Assembly (NCBI GenBank): GCA_046758705.1
Contig: JBHIAT010000012.1
Location: 1-38,238, forward strand
Source: Candidatus Bipolaricaulia bacterium
GTDB taxonomy: Bacteria; Bipolaricaulota; Bipolaricaulia; JBHIAT01
Length of the DNA stretch: 38,238 nucleotides
Direction of reading: 5' to 3'
Positions 1 through 9,788 of this stretch are shown one piece after another. Both the position numbers and the translations under genes were made by a program. The notes beneath the pieces were generated by a model. It made no database searches. It saw nothing but the letters and a program-made list of their open reading frames with translations, and was not told the origin of the DNA. Numbering within the stretch: position 1 is the first letter of the stretch; every line of letters starts with the position of its first letter.

Positions 1-617
1 CTAAGAGCATTTATACCACTCAAAAAGAATCCGCTTTATGGACCCAATTCTGGGTTAGACAAGGCTTGACTTCAAGTGAGGTGGCTTACGACAAGGGACT
101 CAGCGAAGAATCCAGTCTCATCAAAGTCGAGGAAATCTTGTCGCATCCTAAAGTCTGTGTTGTGGGGCTTGTTGTCAACAAAGTCGACAGGATTATGCAC
201 GGCATGGAACTTGGCACGGCCGGAATGCACAACCAAGTGCGCCAGTGGGCAGAACAGGGGTTCATGGAGAAGTTGCTTGATCTGCTTCTGAATGCTGGTT
301 TCAAGGTCTTTCTGGCATCCGACCATGGCAACGTTGAGGCCAAGGGATGCGGGCGTCCGTCCGAAGGCGCGGTCTCTGAACTGCGAGGACAACGCGTTCG
401 GGTGTATCCCGACCAGATCCTGAGAGCACGTGTCAAAGAGCACTTTCCTGATGCCATCGAATGGCTTCCTCTTGGACTGCCTGAAGATTATCTACCGCTT
501 CTTGCTCCAAATCGTTCCGCCTTCGTTCGAGAAGAAGAACGAATCGTTGGACATGGTGGAATCTCTATCGAAGAACTGATAGTCCCTTTCATACAGATCA
601 AGAGGAGATCGACATGA
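1..617 (+). CDS. pglZ: BREX system phosphatase PglZ, C-terminal part (type 3-like); truncated by window edge
   Basis: Frame is open from base 3 (KSIYTTQKESALWTQFW...). Alkaline-phosphatase-superfamily motifs VNKVDRIMHG, ASDHGN and HGGISIEELIVPF are typical of PglZ. Overlaps the next gene by ATGA. Confidence 0.88.
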   Translation, partial: KSIYTTQKESALWTQFWVRQGLTSSEVAYDKGLSEESSLIKVEEILSHPKVCVVGLVVNKVDRIMHGMELGTAGMHNQVRQWAEQGFMEKLLDLLLNAGFKVFLASDHGNVEAKGCGRPSEGAVSELRGQRVRVYPDQILRARVKEHFPDAIEWLPLGLPEDYLPLLAPNRSAFVREEERIVGHGGISIEELIVPFIQIKRRST

Positions 618-1375
618 GTAGAACCGTGCAAGTTGGCTTTAGTCAGCGAATTCAACTCGAATGGCTTGAGTGGACAGCAGAACTCTTCTTAGCAGGGAAC
701 ACAAGAGACCAAATCCAGATCGCACTCCAAGATCTTCTCCGAGATCAGCTCTCTGTTGGAGGAACTGCAAAGCGAGGAAATCGAGAGAAAGCAATTACAA
801 TCCTGCTGAAGATTTGGGTATCTGTGCCTAAGAGCCTGAAGTCTCTTCGTAACGACGGTCTGGAGCATCTAAAACGACTTCCAATAGGTGATCACTTGCC
901 GGTCCATTGGGGAATGATCATGGCGGTCTACCCATTTTTGGGGGTTGTCGCTGAAACGATTGGTCGTCTCCTGCGGTTGCAAGGTTCTGCGGCGGCGGCT
1001 CAAGTCCAACGGCGTGTCCGGGAACAGCTTGGTGAGCGTGAGACAGTGTCACGGGCAACCAGACGCGTCCTCCGGTGCTTTATCGATTGGGGCGTGCTTC
1101 AGGATACAAAAAAGGAGAAAGGTGTTTATCAACCCTCCCCTGCTCGATCTGTGAAGGACAAGAAACTTGCGGCATGGCTTATCGAGGCTGCTCTGGTTGC
1201 AAGTGGCTCTCATTCCAAATCGCTTAAAGAGCTTGCTCAGAGTCCTGCGCTCTTTCCTTTCTCAATCAATCTGTCTAACATCACTGACTTGGAAGATAGC
1301 AACAGACTGGAATTGTTCCGTCAAGGACTCGACGAGGACGTTGTTGTTATAAAGAACGCGCGTGATATGAATTAG
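614..1375 (+). CDS. brxA: BrxA-like protein, last gene of a BREX type 3-like locus
   Basis: 253 aa, translationally coupled to pglZ. N-terminal GFSQRIQLEWL, ILLKIWV, 'RRVLRCFIDWGVL' and C-terminal SPALFPF resemble the protein that follows PglZ in type 3 BREX. Symbol rests mainly on gene order (pglZ-brxA). Confidence 0.65.
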   Translation: MSRTVQVGFSQRIQLEWLEWTAELFLAGNTRDQIQIALQDLLRDQLSVGGTAKRGNREKAITILLKIWVSVPKSLKSLRNDGLEHLKRLPIGDHLPVHWGMIMAVYPFLGVVAETIGRLLRLQGSAAAAQVQRRVREQLGERETVSRATRRVLRCFIDWGVLQDTKKEKGVYQPSPARSVKDKKLAAWLIEAALVASGSHSKSLKELAQSPALFPFSINLSNITDLEDSNRLELFRQGLDEDVVVIKNARDMN

Positions 1376-2190
1376 CCATCGCCTCTCATCAACCCTCTCA
1401 TCCGCGCGAAGCTCCGCCGGATCTTCTCTCCATCCTCATCATCGATGATCTCAAGGGTGAGAAATCGGTCGTAACCTCGCAACCGCTCGATGAATCCCTC
1501 GAGGTTCAGGAGACCCGTTCCCAATTCCTGATGGCTTCCCCGATCCGGACTGAAGTCGTGGAGATGGATATTGATCACCCGGTCGAGCACCCCGTCGAGG
1601 ACGGCCTCGGGGTCCTCCCCGTTCGCCATCGAGTGACCGACATCGAAGGTCCCCCATAGGCGTGGGTCGAAGGCAAGCGATTCGCGAAGCTCGGCGATCG
1701 CCGTGGGATAGGTGCGGTTCGGTTCCGGCGATGCGGGCAGGTTCTCGATCGCCAGGATCTGGCCGTGTGCTTCGGCGACCGAGAGCAGTTCCTCGAGATT
1801 CTCCCGGAAGATCGCCTGATAGTCGATCTCCTTGCGCAGACTCTCCAGGTAGAAGACGCCGCCGTGAACTGTCATCAGCTCCGATTTCAGCTCCGTCCCG
1901 AGCTCCAAGGTCCGGTTGAGTTCATCCAGGGCCACCTGTCGGTGTTTGTGATGAGGGGTGACCAGCGACTTCCCCCAGAACGGCCCGTGCATCGTGATCC
2001 GAACCCCCTTTACCAGGTTCCGGATTCGTCTCAGTTGGCGTTCGGAAAGCGTCTCATTCCCCTCGGGATATTCGAGCCACAGCTCGACATGATCGGGGTC
2101 AAACGCTTGGACGAACTTCGCCTCCTCCTCCCAGCGGTTCTCGTCCGTCCCCACGACCTTCAGGATCAGCCCAAGGCTGGGTTGGGTCAT
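1372..2190 (-). CDS. Sugar phosphate isomerase/epimerase family (xylose isomerase-like/AP endonuclease 2 TIM barrel)
   Basis: Metal-binding pattern AIENLP...FDVGH...IHLHD...HQELGTG...LEI; purine-rich RBS (GGAGAG) upstream. Confidence 0.85.
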   Translation of the reverse strand: MTQPSLGLILKVVGTDENRWEEEAKFVQAFDPDHVELWLEYPEGNETLSERQLRRIRNLVKGVRITMHGPFWGKSLVTPHHKHRQVALDELNRTLELGTELKSELMTVHGGVFYLESLRKEIDYQAIFRENLEELLSVAEAHGQILAIENLPASPEPNRTYPTAIAELRESLAFDPRLWGTFDVGHSMANGEDPEAVLDGVLDRVINIHLHDFSPDRGSHQELGTGLLNLEGFIERLRGYDRFLTLEIIDDEDGEKIRRSFARMRGLMRGDG

Positions 2191-2219
2191 CTACTCTCCA
2201 CTCTCATAGGGTAATTGTA

Positions 2220-2248
2220 ATTATAACGGTCGATGCTGAGATGATCAA
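2220..2248 (-). promoter_or_regulatory. Sigma70-type promoter for the TIM-barrel gene
   Basis: Minus strand TTGATC-N17-TATAAT, about 30 nt upstream of the ATG at 2190. Confidence 0.6.
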
Positions 2249-2264
2249 AGCGGTGCAATCGACT

Positions 2265-2927
2265 TCAGGAGTTCTCGGTCTCGATCTTGAGATGGACACG
2301 CTCCCGGATCTCTATCTGATCATCGTCGGGGAAGTACCGAAGTCCCTTGCCGGTTAACACCGAGCCGCCCCGCTCGATCCGCACCTCGGCGTCGTTCTCC
2401 AACACACGCTGGTTCGCATTCCAGGTGAGCTCATCGGTGTAGATCGTTATGCCGGCGTTGTCGGTGGCGAAGACGTTCCCCTGGAGGGTGATGTCCCGGC
2501 TGCTGTTATCGAACACCAGTCGGTCCCCTGTCAGCCACACGCGTTTGTCTGGGAAGTTGAACTGGAGTTCGATCTTCTCAGCGGTGGTCGTCCTCAGGTC
2601 TTCCGCCACTTCGATCACCTGCGCCGAGAGCTCCCAAATCGGCTCCCCGGTCTCACCGATCTCTATCAGCGTCGCCTGTTCGAACTCGACTTCGGGCAGA
2701 CCGCGCCGTGGCGATCCCGAAGCTGGGGTCGCCTCCACCCCGGATGGGGGCACAGGGGAGATGTCGCGATGACGGAGTTGGGTCACCATATACCCGATCC
2801 CCGCACTTATGGCCAGAATCAGGCTCAGGAAGATCAGGAACTGCTTCGTCGTCGCGAGCATATGGCTGTCGTTATTCTGCTTCTGCTGTTGAGGTCGGGG
2901 GCTTCTGTCTCGATCCTTGCTCCCCAT
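2265..2927 (-). CDS. lptC: LPS export periplasmic protein LptC-like (single TM anchor + beta-jellyroll)
   Basis: N-terminal TM helix, then WELSAQ...LTGDRLVFD...ITLQGNV...IYTDELTW...VRIERGGSVLTGKGL, the typical LptC jellyroll pattern. ATG at 2927 overlaps the pyrG stop (TGATG); exact start uncertain. Confidence 0.8.
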   Translation of the reverse strand: MGSKDRDRSPRPQQQKQNNDSHMLATTKQFLIFLSLILAISAGIGYMVTQLRHRDISPVPPSGVEATPASGSPRRGLPEVEFEQATLIEIGETGEPIWELSAQVIEVAEDLRTTTAEKIELQFNFPDKRVWLTGDRLVFDNSSRDITLQGNVFATDNAGITIYTDELTWNANQRVLENDAEVRIERGGSVLTGKGLRYFPDDDQIEIRERVHLKIETENS

Positions 2928-4531
2928 CAGCATTGTTCAGCACCTGCGTTCAGCAGTCCGACGAACAAGGGATGGGGTCGGGTGGGGCGGGATTTGAACT
3001 CCGAGTGGAACTGAGAAGCGATGAAGTACGGATGGCTCTCTAACTCCGCGATCTCCATGCGACGACCGTCCTGAGTGCATCCGGAGAACCGCAGGCCCAT
3101 CTCCTCGAGCTCGGGGATATAAGTCGGGTTCACCTCGTAGCGGTGACGGTGGCGCTCTGAGATGGTCGTCGCGTCGTAAAGGCGATGGGCTAAGCTCCCC
3201 GGTTCGATGATGACCGGATAGGCACCCAGACGCATCGTCGCACCCTTGTCTTTGACCTCCCGTTGTTCAGGCAGCAGGTCGATCACCGGATGATCGGTCA
3301 GGGAGTTCGCTTCGGTGCTGTTCGCATCCTCGTATCCCAGAACATTCCGCGCATATTCCACGACCGCCATCTGGAAGCCGAGACAGATGCCTAAGAACGG
3401 GACTCGATGGGTCCTGGCGTACCGGATCGCCTCGATCTTCCCCTCGAATCCCCGCGGGCCGAACCCGCCGGCGACGATGATTCCGTTTACATCGTGGAGC
3501 ATCTCGGTCGACAACTCCTCTGCCTCGATCCATTTGACCTCCACACCCACTCTCAGATGGGCTCCCGCATGGGTCAGGGCTTCGACGTAACTGATGTAAC
3601 TGTCGGTCAACTCCGTATACTTGCCGATCAGGGCGACCCGAATCGTGGTATCAGGGTGTAAAGCGTTCTCCAGAAATGCCTTCCAGGTGGTGAGATCTTG
3701 GTTCTCTGTCTGGATCTGGAGTCGGTTGAGCAACAGGTCGGTCAGTTCCTGCTCCTCGAAGATGAGCGGGACTTCGTAGATGTACTTTGCACTCGGGGCG
3801 CTGATCACCGCCTCGACGGGAACATCACAGAACAGCGATATCTTCTGTTTGATGTTATCACTCAGGGGGGTTGGGCTCCGTCCGATGATGATGTCTGGCT
3901 GGATGCCGATGGCACGGAGTTCCTTGACGGAATGTTGAGTCGGCTTCGTCTTCTGCTCTCCCACCGCCTCTATGGTCGGAACCAGCGTCGTATGGACGAA
4001 GACACAATGGCCATCGCCTAGCTCGTGGTGAAGCTGCCGGGCCGCCTCCAGAAATGGCATCGACTCGATGTCGCCAACCGTTCCACCCATCTCGACGGTG
4101 GTGACCTCCGCTCCCGAGCGCTTGGCCACCGCGATGATGTTGGATTGGATCTCATCGGTGACGTGCGGGATGATCTGGACCGTCTCCCCCAGGTAGTCCC
4201 CGCGTCGTTCCTTCTCGATCACACGACGGTAGATCGTACCGGTGGTGATATTGTGTTTGCTGGTCAGGTCGATATCGAGGAAGCGCTCGTAGCTCCCTAG
4301 ATCCATGTCCACCTCACCGCCATCGTCAAGCACGAACACCTCGCCATGCTGATAGGGGTTCATCGTGCCGGCGTCACAGTTGAGGTAGGGATCGACCTTG
4401 ATGGCGGTGGTCTCGATGCCCCGGGACTTGAGGAGTCGCCCGATGGAGGAGGTAGTGATCCCTTTGCCCAGTCCCGAGAGGACGCCTCCGGTCACGAAGA
4501 TGTATTTGCTTCCCTGGTGGTGACCATTCAT
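2927..4531 (-). CDS. pyrG: CTP synthase (534 aa)
   Basis: [28 protein letters not shown], glutaminase nucleophile [21 protein letters not shown]. Start placed at ATG 4531; the longer ORF-track start is a shadow extension. Confidence 0.97.
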   Translation of the reverse strand: MNGHHQGSKYIFVTGGVLSGLGKGITTSSIGRLLKSRGIETTAIKVDPYLNCDAGTMNPYQHGEVFVLDDGGEVDMDLGSYERFLDIDLTSKHNITTGTIYRRVIEKERRGDYLGETVQIIPHVTDEIQSNIIAVAKRSGAEVTTVEMGGTVGDIESMPFLEAARQLHHELGDGHCVFVHTTLVPTIEAVGEQKTKPTQHSVKELRAIGIQPDIIIGRSPTPLSDNIKQKISLFCDVPVEAVISAPSAKYIYEVPLIFEEQELTDLLLNRLQIQTENQDLTTWKAFLENALHPDTTIRVALIGKYTELTDSYISYVEALTHAGAHLRVGVEVKWIEAEELSTEMLHDVNGIIVAGGFGPRGFEGKIEAIRYARTHRVPFLGICLGFQMAVVEYARNVLGYEDANSTEANSLTDHPVIDLLPEQREVKDKGATMRLGAYPVIIEPGSLAHRLYDATTISERHRHRYEVNPTYIPELEEMGLRFSGCTQDGRRMEIAELESHPYFIASQFHSEFKSRPTRPHPLFVGLLNAGAEQC

Positions 4532-4549
4532 TCCACAACCACTATAAAA

Positions 4550-4578
4550 ACTATAAGGGGTACGCGGGGAGATTGCAA
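4550..4578 (-). promoter_or_regulatory. Sigma70-type promoter of pyrG-lptC
   Basis: Minus strand TTGCAA-N17-TATAGT; implies a very short 5' UTR. Confidence 0.55.
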
Positions 4579-4608
4579 GTGGCGACAATTGGCGCTCTGC
4601 CGGCCCGG

Positions 4609-4637
4609 TTGAATCGAGCACGGTTTTTTCGTAGGGT
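4609..4637 (+). promoter_or_regulatory. Possible divergent promoter for the DUF4129 operon
   Basis: TTGAAT-N17-TAGGGT followed by GGAGGAGG RBS and TTG start at 4671. Confidence 0.4.
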
Positions 4638-4670
4638 TTATCGATCCCAACGTCGGAGGAGGGAACCGAG

Positions 4671-5528
4671 TTGATCGAGGGACGGAAGCCGTGGATGCTG
4701 TTTTGGGCGGGGATCACGGTGGTCGCCCTGCTGATCCTGGCCATCGGCATCACCGGGCTTGAATTTGAGGCCGGGAGGTTCATCAATCCGTTCCGCCATC
4801 TGACGCGTGATATCGGCGGAGGAGACGGGTCGACATTGCGGTTTCCATGGCTCGGCCGGGTGCTGCAATCCCTGTTCATCCTGTCGCTGATCGCGCTGGT
4901 GATCAACCTGTTCCACCCGCGTGGGCGCCGGCAACTCCTCAAAGGCTTGGTTTGGGCCCTGATCATGGTCCTTTCCTTATGGTTTTTCATCAACGTGATC
5001 GACCGATTGGAGCTCGGTGGCGGGGAGCGGTCCGCCTCGCCCCCTAGGGGTGTCGGAGGCGAAGACGGAGACGGGATTTCGGTTGGACCGGTCCGGGCGC
5101 CTGATTGGAGTGCCGCCGTCCTCATCGCCATCGTGCTGGCGATCGTGGCACTGATCGGATGGCGCCTGAGGCAAGCGGGCTTGAGGAGCAACGGGACGGG
5201 GCTTTCCCCATTGCTGGAGCTTGCCGATCATGCTGGGGAGGCGGCTGAGGCGCTGCGAGGCGGCGAACGTCTCAGGGACGTCGTTCTGCGTTGTTATCAC
5301 GACATGACCCAACTGCTGGTCCGTTATCTCCCCGACCGAGACGATCAGACCATGACCGCTCGGGAGTTCGAGCAAGCACTTCGCAGAGTTGGGATCCGCG
5401 ATGAGCACGTCGGGCGTCTCACCCGGCTGTTCGAGCGGGTGCGCTACGGGGACCAGACTCCCGATGACTACGAGCGACGCGACGCGATCACCTCCCTGGA
5501 AGCGATCGAACGGGCGTACAGGAGCTAG
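4671..5528 (+). CDS. DUF4129 domain-containing membrane protein
   Basis: Several TM helices; C-terminal CYHDM...MTAREFE...[11 protein letters not shown] signature; strong RBS. Confidence 0.85.
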   Translation: MIEGRKPWMLFWAGITVVALLILAIGITGLEFEAGRFINPFRHLTRDIGGGDGSTLRFPWLGRVLQSLFILSLIALVINLFHPRGRRQLLKGLVWALIMVLSLWFFINVIDRLELGGGERSASPPRGVGGEDGDGISVGPVRAPDWSAAVLIAIVLAIVALIGWRLRQAGLRSNGTGLSPLLELADHAGEAAEALRGGERLRDVVLRCYHDMTQLLVRYLPDRDDQTMTAREFEQALRRVGIRDEHVGRLTRLFERVRYGDQTPDDYERRDAITSLEAIERAYRS

Positions 5529-5530
5529 CA

Positions 5531-6193
5531 ATGATCGAGTCTCATCACCGGTTTCGATTCATCGGAATCGTCTTGGTTGCCATCGCGGTGGCCGCTCTGG
5601 GATTCGTGCTGACGGGGCTCATCGGGGACGAACTCCGCGAGTGGATCATCGAACCTTTGATCGGTACGGCCTTGCTCATGAAGGCCATCCTGGTGGATCT
5701 TCCCGAGTTGTTTGTCTGGAGCCTGCTCGTCGCCCTGCTCGCCCTCGCCGGGTACGGGACGGTTCTGCGTCTGTTCGAAGACACCTCCGAGCCGCAGGCG
5801 GACGCGGCCGCTCCGAAGGGCGTTGGGCCGGTGACGGAGCTAATCCACAGGATCAGCCTGGGGCGTCACGGAGCCTATTTCACCTGGAAGGTTCGCCAGA
5901 GATTGGCAGAGCTGGTCGTGGATCTAATCGCAGTCCGTGAGGGGATCCCCACCGTCCATGCCCGGGAACGGTTCACCTCAGGCCGTTGGACCTCCGATGA
6001 GCGTGTTCGGCGGTTCTTCAGCGGGCCGGTCCGGCAGGAGAAACTCGATCGGTTGAAGCAATGGCTCGATTACTGGAAGCCCGGCTTGGGGTGGGATGAT
6101 CACGGGTTCCGTGGCGAGCTGGAATGGATCGTGGAGTATCTGGAGACCTACGCCCGTGGGTCGGGCTCGGAGAGCGACGGCAGAGGAAGGTAA
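5531..6193 (+). CDS. Hypothetical membrane protein of the DUF4129/DUF58 operon
   Basis: 220 aa, N-terminal TM segments, 2 nt after the previous stop; position typical of such operons. Confidence 0.75.
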   Translation: MIESHHRFRFIGIVLVAIAVAALGFVLTGLIGDELREWIIEPLIGTALLMKAILVDLPELFVWSLLVALLALAGYGTVLRLFEDTSEPQADAAAPKGVGPVTELIHRISLGRHGAYFTWKVRQRLAELVVDLIAVREGIPTVHARERFTSGRWTSDERVRRFFSGPVRQEKLDRLKQWLDYWKPGLGWDDHGFRGELEWIVEYLETYARGSGSESDGRGR

Positions 6194-6197
6194 GGGG

Positions 6198-7478
6198 ATG
6201 AGGATGGCAGGTCTTAGACGGTCGGGCTTTCTAGGAAGCCTGGTGCTGATCCTGGTGCTCCTCGGGTTGGCGACGCGACGGGGTGAGTTACTTGCCCTGG
6301 CCGTTCCGATCCTCATCTTCTTAATCGCCGGCATCTATCCAGGTCCCGAAGCGGAGCGGGTCCGGTTGCGTGCGAACCGGAGTCTGAGCCGTGAACTGGT
6401 TCACGGGGGCGAGCCGGTCCGGGTGGTCGTCGAGGTGACCAACGCGGGCGGGCGGTTAGAGATGGTGGAACTGGTAGATGAATCACCCAGTTCGCTGGAG
6501 GTGATCGAGGGAAACCCTAAGGCGATCGCCTCTCTCGGCCCTGGGGCGTCACTGACCCTGGAGTACACGGTGATCGGGGACCGAGGTCTGTTCGAATTCG
6601 AGTCCGTCCGTGCTGTTGTCGGGCGCCACTTCGGCTTCAAGGCGCTGGGGTTCCGTCTCGATTGCCCCGGCAGGCTGGCGATCCTCCCGGACGTCGAGGG
6701 GCTGGGGGATATCGAGATCCGACCGCGCCGGACCCGGGTCTATTCGGGGAGCGTCCCGGCCCGGGAGGGCGGGGTCGGGGTCGAGTTCTTCGGGACGCGG
6801 GCCTACCAGCCGGGGGATGAGTTCCGCTGGATCAACTGGAAGGCGACCGCTCGTAGGGATCGGCTGGTCACCAACGAGTTCGAACAGGAGCGGGTGGCAG
6901 ATGTGGCGGTGATTCTCGATGCTCGAGAGATGGGTGCTATCCAGGTGGGCAGCGAATCGCTCTTCGAGCACGCTGTCCGGGCGACGGCCTCGCTGGCTGG
7001 ATTCTTCTTAAGACGCGGGAATCGTGTTGGATTGCTGATCTACGGCCGGTATCTCGACTGGACGTTTCCCGGGTACGGCCGGGAGCAGGAACACCGGGTA
7101 GTCAGCGCCCTGGCCAAAGCACAACCGGGTGGGAGCGAGGTGTTCAAACGCCTGGAAAACATCCCGGTGCGGCTCTTCCCTCGGGGATCGCAGATCGTCA
7201 TCGTCAGCCCCGTCCTCCGGGAGGATCTCAGCGTGTATCAGCGACTCAGAGCCCGGGAGTATCAGGTGATCGTCGTGAGCCCGAACCCGATCGACTTCGA
7301 GCTAGCACACTGGCAGGACGGCAGCGATGTGGTCCGCCTCGCTGAGCGGATCACTAGACTCCAGCGTGAGGTCAACCTCAATCGGCTGCGACGGATGGGG
7401 GTGCGGGTCGTCGATTGGTGCGTGGAACGGCCACTCCATGCTGAGGTCAACCGGACGCTGTCCAGAAGATTGCGATGA
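6198..7478 (+). CDS. DUF58 domain-containing protein (vWA-like, usual MoxR partner)
   Basis: EFFGTRAYQPGDEFRWINWKATAR and EFEQERVADVAVILD motifs; N-terminal TM. Start at ATG 6198 or 6204. Confidence 0.9.
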   Translation: MRMAGLRRSGFLGSLVLILVLLGLATRRGELLALAVPILIFLIAGIYPGPEAERVRLRANRSLSRELVHGGEPVRVVVEVTNAGGRLEMVELVDESPSSLEVIEGNPKAIASLGPGASLTLEYTVIGDRGLFEFESVRAVVGRHFGFKALGFRLDCPGRLAILPDVEGLGDIEIRPRRTRVYSGSVPAREGGVGVEFFGTRAYQPGDEFRWINWKATARRDRLVTNEFEQERVADVAVILDAREMGAIQVGSESLFEHAVRATASLAGFFLRRGNRVGLLIYGRYLDWTFPGYGREQEHRVVSALAKAQPGGSEVFKRLENIPVRLFPRGSQIVIVSPVLREDLSVYQRLRAREYQVIVVSPNPIDFELAHWQDGSDVVRLAERITRLQREVNLNRLRRMGVRVVDWCVERPLHAEVNRTLSRRLR

Positions 7479-7999
7479 TGCACAGGAGTGTGATGCTGAA
7501 GCTCATATTGGGGTTCACCATCGTCTCATCGACGGGACTTGTTGCCGGAGCCTTTTGGTCTCAGGCCCCGACCCCGATCGGTGCGGTCGTTTGCCTGATG
7601 GTCGGGGGGCTGTGGCTCGTCAATGCGCTGCGTCTCAATCATCGCCTGGACCCGTTCCTCGGTCTGCTCTCGGTCACCGGTCTGGCGATCTGGGGTGTGT
7701 TTTTGGGGTTGAACGGGACGGCCCTGACCATCGCCGTGGTCCTGGCGATTGCGGCCTGGGATGTGGAACGGTTCGTCTGTCGGCTGGAGCGGTTTGAACG
7801 CGTCGAGGTCGAGGGAGAGTTGGAATTGGACTATCTGAAACGCCTGGGCGTGGTGGGTACGATCGCGCTAGGGCTGTCACTCGTCGGCATTCATCTGGAG
7901 TTGACGCTCAGTTTCGGGGCGGCTCTGTCGACCGGGATCGTCGCGGCGGTCGGCCTGCTCATCCTGCTGCGGTGGAGCGCCACCAGGTCCCGTCTATGA
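7475..7999 (+). CDS. Hypothetical multi-pass membrane protein
   Basis: 174 aa, hydrophobic, contains 'AIAAWD'; ATGA overlaps with both neighbours. Confidence 0.75.
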   Translation: MMHRSVMLKLILGFTIVSSTGLVAGAFWSQAPTPIGAVVCLMVGGLWLVNALRLNHRLDPFLGLLSVTGLAIWGVFLGLNGTALTIAVVLAIAAWDVERFVCRLERFERVEVEGELELDYLKRLGVVGTIALGLSLVGIHLELTLSFGAALSTGIVAAVGLLILLRWSATRSRL

Positions 8000-8991
8000 A
8001 ACTACTGATCTTAAGTCGAGTGGATCTGGAAAAGGCCCTGCCCATGGAGGAGGCCGTCGCTGCCCTGGAAGAAGCCTTCCGGCTGTATCACGAAGGGAAG
8101 GCGGCCGTGCCGCTGCGGCTGCCACTGGAGACCCCACGGGGTGTCGTGTTGTACATGCCTGCCTTTTTAAGGGATTTCCGGGGCGCGGGGGCGCTGGGCG
8201 GGAAGGTCGTGTCGGTGTACCCTGGGAACCCACAGCAAAGCCTCCCGCTGATCCACGCCCTCGTACTGCTGAACGATCCGGCCACGGGCCGACCGTTGGC
8301 GTTGATGGAGGGTGCTTATCTGACCGGTGTGCGCACCGGCGCGGCCTCAGCGGTGGCCGCTAAGTATCTGGCCCGTCCGCAAGTCAAGTGTTTGGGCTTG
8401 ATCGGCTGCGGCTTCCAAGCGTTTTTCCAGGTGCAGGCGCTCTGCGTGGTCCGACCCATCGAGCGGGTCGTGCTCTTCAACCGGGATCCGGCACGAGCAT
8501 GGGATCTGAAACATCGCTTGGAAGCTGAATTAGGGCTATCGGCCGAGGTGGTTGAGGAGGTCTCTGCGTTGACGCGTCAGGCGGAGGTGCTCATCACGGC
8601 CACGACCTCGAAGGAGCCGGTGTTCTCGGGCGAGGAGGTACAACCCGGGACCACCGCCATCGCGATAGGTGCCTTCACCCCGGACGCCCGAGAGACCGAC
8701 GACGTATTGGTCCGGCGGGCCAGGATTTACGTGGACGCCTATGAAGGGGCGCTGGCCGAGGCGGGCGATCTGTTGATTCCCATGGAGCGTAGTGTGCTCC
8801 AGCGGGAAGGGATCCAAGGCGAACTCGGGGAGTTGGTCACCGGGAAGGTCCCGGGACGACAACACGAGGACGAGATCGTGTTGTTCAAATCGGTGGGCCT
8901 GGCGATTGAGGACGCTGCCGCGGCCGCAGCGGCCTATCAAAACGCCTTGAAACAAGGGCTAGGTACTGAGGTCGAACTGGATGATCGTTGA
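7996..8991 (+). CDS. Ornithine cyclodeaminase/mu-crystallin family protein
   Basis: LTGVRTGAASAVAAKYLA, Rossmann GLIGCGFQA, FKSVGLAIED. ATG at 7996 overlaps the upstream TGA. Confidence 0.92.
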   Translation: MKLLILSRVDLEKALPMEEAVAALEEAFRLYHEGKAAVPLRLPLETPRGVVLYMPAFLRDFRGAGALGGKVVSVYPGNPQQSLPLIHALVLLNDPATGRPLALMEGAYLTGVRTGAASAVAAKYLARPQVKCLGLIGCGFQAFFQVQALCVVRPIERVVLFNRDPARAWDLKHRLEAELGLSAEVVEEVSALTRQAEVLITATTSKEPVFSGEEVQPGTTAIAIGAFTPDARETDDVLVRRARIYVDAYEGALAEAGDLLIPMERSVLQREGIQGELGELVTGKVPGRQHEDEIVLFKSVGLAIEDAAAAAAAYQNALKQGLGTEVELDDR

Positions 8992-9008
8992 GCCGCTCAC
9001 CTCAGAGC

Positions 9009-9788
9009 TTAGATCCCCATGATATGGTAACCGGCATCGACGTGAATGATCTCACCGGTCACCCCGCTTGCCATATCACTGCATAGATAGAGGGCGGTCT
9101 TGGCGACCTCGTCGTGGTTAATGTTCCGCTTCAACGGGGCCCGCTCGCGGTGAGCGTGGAGCATGTCGGTGAACCCGGCGATCCCCCGGGCGGCCAATGT
9201 CTTCAACGGTCCGGCGGAGATGCCGTTCACCCGGATGTTCTTGTCCCCTAACTCGTAGGCAAGCTGCCGGATCGCATGTTCGAGCGCTGACTTGGCGGAT
9301 CCCATAACGTTGTAGTTCGGAAACACTTTCTCTGAGGCCATGTAGGTCAACGCAACCACACTGCCGCCGCCTGCCCGCTCCATCAGCGGAGTCGCGTGGC
9401 GAACCAGTGGGATGAGCGAGTAAGCGCTCACATCCAAGGCGATATGAAATCCGTCTCGGGAGGTATCAAGGAACGCACCCTCCAGGTCTTCCTGCCGAGC
9501 ATAAGCGACGCTGTGGATCAGATAATTGAGGTGACCAAACTCCTCCGCCACCGTCCGGTAGACCGCTTCAATCTGTGAATCGTCAGTGACATCGCAGGGT
9601 ATCACCAAAGCCCCCGCCAGTGGCTCGACCAGCTGGCGTACCATCGCCTCGATGCGCTCTCCCTCATAGGTAAACGCGAGACGCGCCCCGGCGGTATGAA
9701 GTGCCTGGGCGATCGTCCAGGCGATGCTGCGCTTGTTCGCCACCCCGAAGATGAGCCCGGTGGTGCCGCTCAGGTCGATCTGATACAT
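9009..9788 (-). CDS. fabI: Enoyl-ACP reductase FabI
   Basis: GVANKRSIAW, YNVMGSAKSALE (YxxMxxxK), RVNGISAGPLKTLAA, TGEIIHVDAGY; coupled to the add stop. Confidence 0.95.
   Translation of the reverse strand: MYQIDLSGTTGLIFGVANKRSIAWTIAQALHTAGARLAFTYEGERIEAMVRQLVEPLAGALVIPCDVTDDSQIEAVYRTVAEEFGHLNYLIHSVAYARQEDLEGAFLDTSRDGFHIALDVSAYSLIPLVRHATPLMERAGGGSVVALTYMASEKVFPNYNVMGSAKSALEHAIRQLAYELGDKNIRVNGISAGPLKTLAARGIAGFTDMLHAHRERAPLKRNINHDEVAKTALYLCSDMASGVTGEIIHVDAGYHIMGI

Noticed and set aside
4532-5191. 220-aa N-terminal extension of PyrG in the 754-aa ORF
   Set aside because: It is antisense to the DUF4129 gene and crosses the pyrG promoter; family homology starts just after ATG 4531.
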